Of a stretch of 44,522 bases of DNA, positions 25,774 through 33,951 are shown piece by piece. The stretch is from a virus: the UHGV virus genome UHGV-0217460; one strand, written 5' to 3'. Within the stretch, counting starts at the first letter, position 1. Each line of letters starts with the position of its first letter. The notes under the pieces are model-generated. The model was not told the origin of the DNA. It worked only from the letters and a program-made list of their open reading frames with translations, and did not search any database. The position numbers were made by a program, and so were the translations under genes.

Positions 25774-26046
25774 TTAATTTACTCCTCCGCCTTTCACAAT
25801 TTTTATTGCAATTTCAAAACCATCTGCTTCACCCTCAAAATATTTTGATGTATTTTCCGGCTCTTTTTCTCTGGCTTTCGCCATTTTCTTTTCCAACTGT
25901 CGCACAACTGCATCCACATCGTAGGCGGTCGATTGTTCTATAATCCTATGCAACGCAAAACTATATAAAGCCTTATCCATATCGTCTTGCGTATTCCATT
26001 CTTGTAGCTTTTTAATCATTTCATCTGCATCTATCAATCTACCCAT
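25774..26046 (-). CDS. Hypothetical protein
   Basis: 90-aa acidic ORF. Confidence 0.35.
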   Translation of the reverse strand: MGRLIDADEMIKKLQEWNTQDDMDKALYSFALHRIIEQSTAYDVDAVVRQLEKKMAKAREKEPENTSKYFEGEADGFEIAIKIVKGGGVN

Positions 26047-26060
26047 TTACCATGACCTCC

Positions 26061-27497
26061 TTATGCAAATCGTAACTGCCCGCCTGTCTCTTCTTTCAAG
26101 CGATCCGAACGGCAGTTTGGCAACCGTTTCGCAATACACAACTCCTTTAAGTTTGCTCTCACCAGTGCCGTTGGTATTGGTGGGCATACTGCATTTCCAC
26201 ATCTCTTCACCTGTTCGGCCCGGGGGTATACCTTCCCTTCGCAGTCACGGTCGATTATGTAGTCTTCCGGAAATCCCTGGCACCCATACAACTCCTTCGG
26301 CTCAAGCATCCGCAATCCAATATCAACAATCTGGTATTCAGTGCCGTATATAGTTACAAGGCCAAATCTATCCTGCGCTGTGATCGTATCAAGCGGCTCT
26401 TTTATATCCTGTCCGGTGCCGGACCCATAATATTTCGTTAAAAACGCTCTCACTTCTCCAAAATGACCGTCTCCCGCCGTGATCGTATGCAGCGGCTCCC
26501 GCATATCCTGTCCCGTGCCGCTTTTATAAAACTTGCTGATAAAGGATGTCACAAGACCGTACCGGTTCGAACTGTCCACAGTCATGATCGGGGCTTCGAT
26601 GCCCTGCCCGCGGACTTCGTCTTTCGTTGTCTCGGAATGGTATTGAATCAGAATCGGCATTTTTATGTCCTCTGATTCGTCCTCTATGACGAATGGATCC
26701 GGATTATCCAGCACGAACTTTTTCACCCCTCTGGCGATTCGATCCATTGTTTTTCTGGCAAGCGGGCGCACTGCCCGGATTCCGTATTTCTTTTTGATTT
26801 CTTCCGATGTATCGAAAATGGACGGGCAAGGAAGCGAAAAGTCAAGCTGCGTATATGCTCCCACATATGGCTTAAGTAATCCGGCTTTCACCTTTGCACT
26901 GTCCGCCGGTCCGTGTGTAGGCTTTGGCCATACGATGGGATTTCCGTCACATCTGGCGATCAGAAAGAAACGTTTCCGCATGGTCGGTGCACCGTAGTCT
27001 GCTGCGATCAGCTCTCGGTACTGAACTTCATAGCCCAAATCCATAAGCTGCTGCACGAACTTCTCAAATGTCTTGCCCTGTTTGCTTTTGATTGGATGAT
27101 GCCCGCGGTTTAATGGTCCCCACGTTTTAAACTCTTCTACGTTTTCTAGCATAATGACTCTTGGCCGAACCAGCCCGGCCCAACGACAGGCAACCCACGC
27201 AAGGCCGCGAATAAACTTGTCCTTCGGCTTACCACCTTTTGCCTTGCTGAAATGCTTACAGTCCGGCGAGAACCATGCTAGGCCAACCGGATGCCCTTTG
27301 CACGCCTTTACCGGATCCACCTGCCAAACATCCTCACAGTAATGCTCTGTGTACGGATGATTTGCTTTATGCATCTTAATTGCTTCTGGATCATGATTGA
27401 TGGCAATGTCGACACAGCAACCGGTTGCGTCCTCTATGCCAGTGCTAGCTCCTCCACCGCCTGCAAAATTATCTACTATCAGCTCACCGTTAATCAT
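26061..27497 (-). CDS. DNA (cytosine-5) methyltransferase, orphan, with duplicated variable-region segment
   Basis: Motif I DNFAGGGG, PC motif SPDCKHFS, motif VI MLENV. Internal ~33-aa repeat (YKSGTGQDMREPLHTITA / YGSGTGQDIKEPLDTITA). Confidence 0.75.
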   Translation of the reverse strand: MINGELIVDNFAGGGGASTGIEDATGCCVDIAINHDPEAIKMHKANHPYTEHYCEDVWQVDPVKACKGHPVGLAWFSPDCKHFSKAKGGKPKDKFIRGLAWVACRWAGLVRPRVIMLENVEEFKTWGPLNRGHHPIKSKQGKTFEKFVQQLMDLGYEVQYRELIAADYGAPTMRKRFFLIARCDGNPIVWPKPTHGPADSAKVKAGLLKPYVGAYTQLDFSLPCPSIFDTSEEIKKKYGIRAVRPLARKTMDRIARGVKKFVLDNPDPFVIEDESEDIKMPILIQYHSETTKDEVRGQGIEAPIMTVDSSNRYGLVTSFISKFYKSGTGQDMREPLHTITAGDGHFGEVRAFLTKYYGSGTGQDIKEPLDTITAQDRFGLVTIYGTEYQIVDIGLRMLEPKELYGCQGFPEDYIIDRDCEGKVYPRAEQVKRCGNAVCPPIPTALVRANLKELCIAKRLPNCRSDRLKEETGGQLRFA

Positions 27498-27571
27498 GGC
27501 ATTCCCCCTGTAATCTCTGTATATTTCTCATTTTTTCAAAGGAGACCGCATATGCTTCACTCCGGCCAGAG

Positions 27572-27800
27572 TCTCGGCTCCTTTCTTAAATCTGTACCAT
27601 TTCCCGGACATTTCTCAGTGTCTCCGGTGTAGACTGCGCATAATACATACTTGTCACTGCCGGGTTTGCATGTCCTAGGATTTCTTGGATGATACCAATA
27701 TCAACCTTTCTGTTTTTTAAATTCATTCCAAGCGTTTTCCTCATTTTATGAGGATATACCGCGCTTTTCACATCCGCTCTCTTCCCAATGTCTTTAATTA
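27572..27800. repeat. ~215-bp direct repeat A (integrase 3' end), ~93% identical to copy B at 30393-30615
   Basis: Aligned by eye, about 15 mismatches over ~215 nt. Copy A is the true 3' end of the int gene at 27586-28623. Confidence 0.75.
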
Positions 27801-28623
27801 TGACTCTTAAACCACATACACTCATTTTATTGTATGGTGCTCTGGACTGCGGAAACATGTATGGGCTTTTATCTGTTCTGCTTTCAAGATATTCGTTGTA
27901 ATAGTGCCTTGCATCATCATCAAGGTATAATGTGCGGTATCTGCCGCCCTTCTCCCCTTTGATGAGTATATCTCCCGTTTCTGTGTTGATCTGGTCGGTT
28001 CTGATCTCTGCAATTTCTCCAACCCGCGCTCCGGTGCTGCGGAATACCTCAATGATCGCACGCTCTCTTTTTGTGCGGCAAGCGTCACGCATCTGGATAA
28101 TCTCCGACCGGCTAAAGTAATCAATTGGCTTTAGCGCAATCTTTTTCGCTTCCGTTGCTTCCACAGGATTTTCATCAATGAGTTTTGATTTTCGCATCCA
28201 TGTGTAAAAAGCCGAAAGGAATCGGCGCTCGTTATTGTATGTGCTGTCCTGTACCTTTTCACTTTTTGTTCCTGGGCGTTTCTCGTACTGTGCCAAATAC
28301 CACTCCACATCAAATGTATCTACACTGTCCAACGACTTCCCCATCATGTCAGATAACCTTTTTACAGATCGGATATATCCGCTGATTGTCGCAGGACTGA
28401 GCCCGCGCTTTTTGATCTTAAAAAGTTCCAGTAAATAGCGGTTTCTTTTTTCTACATCTGTTTTCCACTCCGCTGGAAGAGATGTGATTTCCTGCACATT
28501 TACCTTTGTAAGCTCACTCGATACTACACTATCCAGGATTGCAAGTGTGTCCGAATCAGAAATGTAAATCGACATTGCAACAATGATGTTATCAACGATT
28601 TCTCTTTTGATATTCTGGCCCAT
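27586..28623 (-). CDS. Tyrosine recombinase (XerC/D-like phage integrase family), internal to prophage
   Basis: ATG at 28623 with RBS GAGGGAGG. The C-terminus LGHANPAVTSMYYAQ matches the integrase HxxR...Y region, and the N-terminal SAM-like domain is present. Confidence 0.75.
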   Translation of the reverse strand: MGQNIKREIVDNIIVAMSIYISDSDTLAILDSVVSSELTKVNVQEITSLPAEWKTDVEKRNRYLLELFKIKKRGLSPATISGYIRSVKRLSDMMGKSLDSVDTFDVEWYLAQYEKRPGTKSEKVQDSTYNNERRFLSAFYTWMRKSKLIDENPVEATEAKKIALKPIDYFSRSEIIQMRDACRTKRERAIIEVFRSTGARVGEIAEIRTDQINTETGDILIKGEKGGRYRTLYLDDDARHYYNEYLESRTDKSPYMFPQSRAPYNKMSVCGLRVIIKDIGKRADVKSAVYPHKMRKTLGMNLKNRKVDIGIIQEILGHANPAVTSMYYAQSTPETLRNVREMVQI

Positions 28624-28739
28624 AGTAATCCTCCCTCTTGCAGAATCTGCAAAGGTCTGATACAATGGACCTAAGCAGATCAGGTAAGTGGCGGTAACAT
28701 CTTGGCTGGTGTCCACCACTTATTTTTTTGTGTCATTGT

Positions 28740-29054
28740 CTAGCTCCTTTTATACTTCCAAAAGCCAAAAAGCTTAAGTCTGTGGTAAAATTCTGCTTTT
28801 ACTTTCCTCCGGTATCCATAAAAGTCATCTGCCTTTGCCGGAATATCTCTCCCACGCCGGATCAGCGTATAATATCCGTCTCCAGTCACCAAGCTATCAT
28901 ACGTTTGGATTTCAAGCCCTGGCGCTTTTGATATCGCACAGCCAAATAGTATGATTTTTATCTCAGGATCCGGACTCCTGCAATATAGGTCAAGTTGTGA
29001 TTCGTCCTCTTTTGGCACGTTGTAGTCAGATAACTTAGCTTCTCTTGTCCTCAT
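28740..29054 (-). CDS. Hypothetical protein (cassette cargo)
   Basis: 104-aa ORF between the int and PAPS-reductase-like genes. Confidence 0.4.
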   Translation of the reverse strand: MRTREAKLSDYNVPKEDESQLDLYCRSPDPEIKIILFGCAISKAPGLEIQTYDSLVTGDGYYTLIRRGRDIPAKADDFYGYRRKVKAEFYHRLKLFGFWKYKRS

Positions 29055-29375
29055 CTAATCTCCTTCTTCTTTTTTTGCTGTCAGATATATCGTAGACAAA
29101 TTATAGCCACTCCGTTTGAGGCGTTTTACAATCTCGTCCCGGTCTTTTAACAAACTTCTCTTTGCTCTGTCTTTTACTGGTTTTTCTTCTTTTTTCTTGG
29201 TTACAAGCTTAGAGCATCCCCAGCAGATCCTATAGTAGCCACCTCTAGCTTTCTTTTGCCCGTTACACCAACCTGTCCCGTTGTCGTAGTAGCATGACAT
29301 TCTTTTCCCCTTTCCGCAGCTATCCGGCGCATGGCTGCTATTACGTATTCCGTGCCCGGGTTTGTTTTTTTCCAC
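29055..29375 (-). CDS. Zn-ribbon, basic hypothetical protein (cassette cargo)
   Basis: CYYDNGTGWCNG...CWGCSK Cys pairs and a Lys/Arg-rich tail. Confidence 0.4.
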   Translation of the reverse strand: MEKNKPGHGIRNSSHAPDSCGKGKRMSCYYDNGTGWCNGQKKARGGYYRICWGCSKLVTKKKEEKPVKDRAKRSLLKDRDEIVKRLKRSGYNLSTIYLTAKKEEGD

Positions 29376-29473
29376 ATGGCTGTATCTCCGCTAAATTTCA
29401 GTTTGTGACATCACTGATAATCCCCCGCAGTTTCCTGCATTCCACTGTTGTTATTGTGTTTTCTTCCATCTCT

Positions 29474-30211
29474 CTATCCCTCCATGCTTAAATAACACAT
29501 TATTCCGCAATCTGGAAATATCTCTGTATTCATATTCCCGCGTGTAGGCTCTAGCTCGTCAAGGTATACCGGGTGGCCTTTGCTGTCTTTCAATATTGCA
29601 TAGCCCACCTGCCGCTCCAATCTGGCCCGACTCTCAAAAACCTCTGGGAAGTCCTTGCGAATCCGGTTCCAATAACCCATTCCTCCTTTGACGCACCCGA
29701 GGCAGTTATTATTTGGATACCCCATGTCATACATAACTGGCCGCCTAAACGAAAAGGTCCTTTCAAATAGTCCGTGAACCTCTTCTTTCGATAATCCACG
29801 GTCAATCAACGGAAACTCATGAGCTGCCTGTGGGTTAGCCTCTATGGTTCGCTCTGCCCGCCATTTCTCTTTCAGGTCAAATCCCCAGACATAGGTCAGA
29901 TCATAATCTTTATGAGCTAACTCCCATTCTTTACGAACACGCTTTTTAAGCCAGTTTGTGCAGGGAGCAAAACCATTCATAGCACGAAAACCACCAAAAG
30001 CTCTGACACAATCATCAACACTGCTGTATTCCTCAGATCTCAATATCTGTATCTTCTGTCCGATTGCAGCTTCACAATCCCGTATAAATCGTATGCTGTC
30101 TGGATGCTGATCTTTGATATCTATATAAATCCATTCGTCAACATCTCCTGCCAGGTATCCAGCCATAAAACTGCTTACTCCTGCACTGATCCAACACACT
30201 TTTTTCGTCAT
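29474..30211 (-). CDS. PAPS reductase-like (adenine nucleotide alpha-hydrolase/PP-loop superfamily) protein
   Basis: N-terminal VCWISAGVSS resembles a degenerate SGGxDS PP-loop. C-terminal CLGC. Size ~245 aa is typical of phage PAPS-reductase-family proteins. Confidence 0.45.
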   Translation of the reverse strand: MTKKVCWISAGVSSFMAGYLAGDVDEWIYIDIKDQHPDSIRFIRDCEAAIGQKIQILRSEEYSSVDDCVRAFGGFRAMNGFAPCTNWLKKRVRKEWELAHKDYDLTYVWGFDLKEKWRAERTIEANPQAAHEFPLIDRGLSKEEVHGLFERTFSFRRPVMYDMGYPNNNCLGCVKGGMGYWNRIRKDFPEVFESRARLERQVGYAILKDSKGHPVYLDELEPTRGNMNTEIFPDCGIMCYLSMEG

Positions 30212-30403
30212 AACACCACGCTACAAATGCTGTATCGTGGATCACCATTCGTTTGCTCTTATGCGACCTGTGCCGTTTCCAACACAAGCCTTATAGCCAC
30301 GGTGTTGAATTTTTCGGTACGCCACCGTCATTCACTGCGCACCAACCCGGTTTACCGGGCATTCGTTATTCCTTTCTTTTAGTTATAAATTTCATATTGC
30401 TCC

Positions 30404-30615
30404 TTAAATTTGTACCATTTCCCGAACATCTCTCAGCGTTTTTGGTGTAGACTGCGCATAATACATACTTGTCACTGCCGGGCTTGCATGTCCTAGAATC
30501 TCTTGGATGATACCGATATCAACCTTTCTGTTTTTTAAATTCATTCCAAGCGTTTTCCTCATTTTATGAGGATATACCGCGCTTTTCACATCCGCTCTCT
30601 TTCCAATATCTTAAT
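30404..30615 (-). pseudogene. Orphan integrase 3'-end fragment (repeat copy B)
   Basis: Encodes 61 aa ~90% identical to the C-terminus of the 27586-28623 integrase, with no upstream int body. Confidence 0.65.
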
Positions 30616-30897
30616 TGTTTTATAATAACTTCCAAACCAAACATGTACGGGAGGATTTTTAGCTCCAGGCATTAAAGAACCACTTATCATTTCCATAACC
30701 TGTCCTGAATCATTCCACCCATTTAATTCCATTTCTATTTTATGTTCCATCTTTTCTTCTTCTGAATCATAATGGTACTGTTCTATAAGTTCTGTGTATT
30801 TGCCTACACAGTTATCTCCATCCCATATAAATTTTGTTGTATTATCTTTCATTTTAATTCTTTTCACATAACCATCTCCATTCTGCCTTGAAAGCAA
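30586..30897 (-). CDS. Hypothetical protein whose C-terminus runs into repeat B
   Basis: 103-aa ORF. The last ~10 codons are encoded by repeat B sequence in a non-int frame. Confidence 0.4.
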   Translation of the reverse strand: MLSRQNGDGYVKRIKMKDNTTKFIWDGDNCVGKYTELIEQYHYDSEEEKMEHKIEMELNGWNDSGQVMEMISGSLMPGAKNPPVHVWFGSYYKTIKILERERM

Positions 30898-31005
30898 TTT
30901 TTCAACCTACTCATTTATCGACAACCATAAATTTGTGCCTTCATATTTTCTTATGATTTTCAATAAATCGTTTTCAATTTCAGACAATCTTAATATACAA
31001 ATAGC

Positions 31006-31179
31006 TCAATCAATATCTCCAGAATCGTCATCATTCCAATATATTGAAAAGCTTGCAACATGCATTTTTACTATTTTTTCATATCCTGCAGCTTCTTCTT
31101 CAGAAAGCTCTTTGTTTACAATGGAAGGATGTTCAAGTTGGGTAATTCCGTATTTATTACGGATTTGCTCACGTGTCAT
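31006..31179 (-). CDS. Small hypothetical protein (57 aa)
   Basis: Unlisted ORF MTREQIRNKYGITQLEHPSIVNKELSEEEAAGYEKIVKMHVASFSIYWNDDDSGDID with RBS TAAGGAGC. Its start overlaps the stop of an upstream 33-aa ORF (ATGA). Confidence 0.4.
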   Translation of the reverse strand: MTREQIRNKYGITQLEHPSIVNKELSEEEAAGYEKIVKMHVASFSIYWNDDDSGDID

Positions 31180-31336
31180 AAAAAGCTCCTTATATTAGCG
31201 ATGATACCAAACCATCTTACCATCAGCCCTCTTTTATGCAGTTCCAGTGCCTCATCTATTGCAATTTGTTTTATGATCATTGCCCTTCTCCTTTTTATTC
31301 AACGGACACCATCTCGGTGCGGTTTTAATAGTTAAT

Positions 31337-31597
31337 TTACCTTCCTTGTGTTTCCACAACATTCAATATTTTTTCAACTGCCTTTTCCCAAAAATACCGG
31401 GCAAAATCTTCAACTGTACAAACAACATCTTCGTCTAAATCTATGACGGTCGCATCATCGCATTGGCAACAATGGCAGCCATTTTCTTGCAAAACTTCGT
31501 CGGCTATTTCTCGAACAATTTCTGCTGTTCCGCTAAATTCGCACCCCAACGAGCAAAGCTCTCTCAGTTCTTCCATATCCTTTTTTGATAATTTTGC
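31337..31597 (-). CDS. Small Cys-rich hypothetical protein
   Basis: CHCCQC motif. The conserved TTAAGAATTTGGAGG motif upstream suggests a GTG start at 31597 rather than 31639. Confidence 0.4.
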   Translation of the reverse strand, partial: AKLSKKDMEELRELCSLGCEFSGTAEIVREIADEVLQENGCHCCQCDDATVIDLDEDVVCTVEDFARYFWEKAVEKILNVVETQGR

Positions 31598-31622
31598 CAC
31601 TATTATTTCTCCCTCCAAATTC

Positions 31623-31847
31623 TTAATTGTCTGCTGCATGTTTTAAGCCTTGTCTATAGCCTAATACAAATTCTACTCCCACTTCGCAGCCACAATTTTT
31701 ACATCTATACTTTCCAAATCTGCTACCATCTACAAAATCATGCCTTTTGCAATTATCTCTTTTTACGCTATTTTCGTTAATTTTTTGCATGATTTCTATC
31801 TGTGCTGGATCCAGTCCTCTACTTTTTGCTTTTTCGATATCAAACAT
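31623..31847 (-). CDS. Small Zn-ribbon hypothetical protein
   Basis: CKRH...CKNCGC motifs. ATG MFDIEK is preceded by a TTAAGATTTGAGGTG motif. Confidence 0.4.
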   Translation of the reverse strand: MFDIEKAKSRGLDPAQIEIMQKINENSVKRDNCKRHDFVDGSRFGKYRCKNCGCEVGVEFVLGYRQGLKHAADN

Positions 31848-31855
31848 TTCACACC

Positions 31856-32152
31856 TCAAATCTTAATACTCTCATAAGTCTTTTCAAAGATATCCGGTTT
31901 GCATGGATACAGTTCACCGTTGACACCCTGAATCACATAATCTCCTATGGAGACGTGGTGAATACCTTCCAGAGTTTCGATAAAAAGCTCACACGGCGGA
32001 GCGCCGCAGCTTTCAGAACTATAATACATGACGCCCTTTTCGTAAGCTTCAACCGCCCAGGCTGGTACATACCAGCTACCATCACGGTCTTTTAAATCTC
32101 CATCATACTGAAATGCTTCAATAACCACAGGTTTCTTTCTATATTTAGCCAT
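31856..32152 (-). CDS. Small phage protein, paralog 1 (GDYVIQG motif)
   Basis: 98 aa, ~85% identical to the 33068-33358 product. Preceded by TTAAGATTTGGAGG. Confidence 0.55.
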   Translation of the reverse strand: MAKYRKKPVVIEAFQYDGDLKDRDGSWYVPAWAVEAYEKGVMYYSSESCGAPPCELFIETLEGIHHVSIGDYVIQGVNGELYPCKPDIFEKTYESIKI

Positions 32153-32246
32153 AATATCTCCTCCAAATCTTAAATAGTGAAAATGAAATTTCTGACCATT
32201 TCGGTGAATTCACCGAGATGGTTCCCATTGGCTCAAATGCCAATTT

Positions 32247-32414
32247 CACTCAATTTTCTCTGCCGCCTCTTCTAGTTCATACATCCAGCTGCTCAACTTT
32301 TCATAGCAATCTTTACAAAGCACTTTATCCTCATCTTTCATTCTAATTTTTTCATATCTATCCCTAAAGTAAACATCCATAACCTTGTTGCATCTTTCAC
32401 ATGCTATTTTCATT
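32247..32414 (-). CDS. Small Zn-ribbon protein (55 aa)
   Basis: Unlisted ORF MKIACERCNKVMDVYFRDRYEKIRMKDEDKVLCKDCYEKLSSWMYELEEAAEKIE. Preceded by TTAAGAATTTGGAGG. Confidence 0.45.
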
Positions 32415-32465
32415 TCTGTACCTCCAAATTCTTAATTTTCTGATTTTATTTTTTCTGCCTTCCGC

Positions 32466-32626
32466 TTAATCCTTGACAGTCTGTCTTGCGTATTTCAGCA
32501 AATCCTCTAAACCCTGCTGATATCCATTGTAAAAGCTTTGCGCCTTTAGAACCTCGGAATTGCATTTAATACACGCATTCTTCTCTAAAAAATCAGCATT
32601 CTTTTCCATTTTTTCGTATTCTTCCT
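32466..32626 (-). CDS. Small Zn-ribbon hypothetical protein
   Basis: CIKCNSE motif. GTG start after the conserved TTTAAAATTTGGAGG motif (the listed ORF to 32765 is probably over-extended). Confidence 0.35.
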
Positions 32627-32667
32627 TGTTCACTGTCCGCCTCCAAATTTTAAAATATCCCATATTT

Positions 32668-33042
32668 TCACCGGCTCCACTCCTTGATTTTTGTCGGGTC
32701 AAACTTTTTTTGACATTCCGGACAATATGGGAATAGCCCGGCGTTGTAATGCCTCTGCATCTCACGAAATACTTTACTCTTTATCATTTTACTTCGTTCT
32801 TGTTCAGCTTCCTCTTTATATGCTTTAATTCTTTCCTGCATCCGCTTTTGCATTTCTACCATTTTTTCCGGGTGCTCCGCTAACTTCACAAGCGCTTCGA
32901 AAGGATCCAGGATAGCTCCGCATTTCTGACATAATACAATCCTGTTTTCTGTATCAATTTCGAAATGTGGTACAACACACTTACAAAGTTTTTCTCTTCC
33001 TCTGTTGATCTTTACAAGATCGAAACGAACAATGTCCTTCAC
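32668..33042 (-). CDS. Double Zn-ribbon hypothetical protein
   Basis: CKC...CQKCG and CPECQ pairs. GTG start preceded by TTAAGATTTGAAGGTG. Confidence 0.45.
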   Translation of the reverse strand: MKDIVRFDLVKINRGREKLCKCVVPHFEIDTENRIVLCQKCGAILDPFEALVKLAEHPEKMVEMQKRMQERIKAYKEEAEQERSKMIKSKVFREMQRHYNAGLFPYCPECQKKFDPTKIKEWSR

Positions 33043-33067
33043 TGTGATTCACCTTCAAATCTTAATT

Positions 33068-33358
33068 TTAAATATTCTCATAGGTTTTTTCAAAGATATC
33101 CGGCTTACACGGATACAGCTCACCGTTGACGCCCTTAATCACATAATCCCATACTGAAACATGGTGAATGCCTTCCAGAGTCTCTATAAAAAGCTCACAC
33201 GGCGGAGTGTCACAGCTTTCGGAAGCATAATGCATGACGCCCTTTTCGTAAGCTTCAACCGCCCAGTTCGGTACATACCAGTTACCATCACAGTCTTTTA
33301 AATCTCCATCGTACTGAAACGCTTCAATAACCACGGGTTTCTTTCTATATTTAGCCAT
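33068..33358 (-). CDS. Small phage protein, paralog 2
   Basis: 96 aa paralog of the 31856-32152 product. The identical upstream motif region is duplicated at nucleotide level. Confidence 0.55.
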   Translation of the reverse strand: MAKYRKKPVVIEAFQYDGDLKDCDGNWYVPNWAVEAYEKGVMHYASESCDTPPCELFIETLEGIHHVSVWDYVIKGVNGELYPCKPDIFEKTYENI

Positions 33359-33375
33359 AATATTTCCTCCAAATC

Positions 33376-33915
33376 TTAATTTCTTATCTCTTGTCTCGAT
33401 AATCCCTCTCCTCCTGTATTTAATCTCTTAAAAAGCTCATATCTCATTTTAAATTCACTTTCTTTAAGAATGATTTCTACTCTACATGGTGTACGCTTAA
33501 TTTGCAATTTATATTCCAATGGTAAAGTATCAATAGTAATATCTTTCAACCCCTTAAGCATACTTCCCTCTACTAATTTCAAGCCATTTTTAGGGTAAGG
33601 ATTTCCCTCTTCATCTTTTAATTCATTAAAAAAAGATAACACCGTCGATACTCTTTGCAGTCCATCAATCAGTTCCCATTTTCCATTTGGATTTGTAGCC
33701 ACAAAAATAGACGGAAAAGGAATCCCTAATAATATTGATTCTATAAAATCTGACTGTCTTTGTTCATCCCATCGAAAAGCTCTTTGATATTCTGGAGAAA
33801 TAATTATTTCTTTATCTCTATACATATTAATTATCTCTCCAAAAGACATATCCATCCTCTCTGATTTTATTTCTTGCCGATATTTTTGAATCTCTGCACT
33901 AATATCCATAATCAT
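33376..33915 (-). CDS. DUF262 (ParB/Srx-fold, GmrSD N-terminal-like) domain protein, short/truncated
   Basis: Segment SPEYQRAFRWDEQRQSDFIESIL...IDGLQRVSTV matches the DUF262 signature (DGQQR). Only 179 aa and no DUF1524/HNH partner domain. Confidence 0.6.
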   Translation of the reverse strand: MIMDISAEIQKYRQEIKSERMDMSFGEIINMYRDKEIIISPEYQRAFRWDEQRQSDFIESILLGIPFPSIFVATNPNGKWELIDGLQRVSTVLSFFNELKDEEGNPYPKNGLKLVEGSMLKGLKDITIDTLPLEYKLQIKRTPCRVEIILKESEFKMRYELFKRLNTGGEGLSRQEIRN

Positions 33916-33951
33916 GCTTCTCCTATATTCTACTTTCTAAACACTATATAC

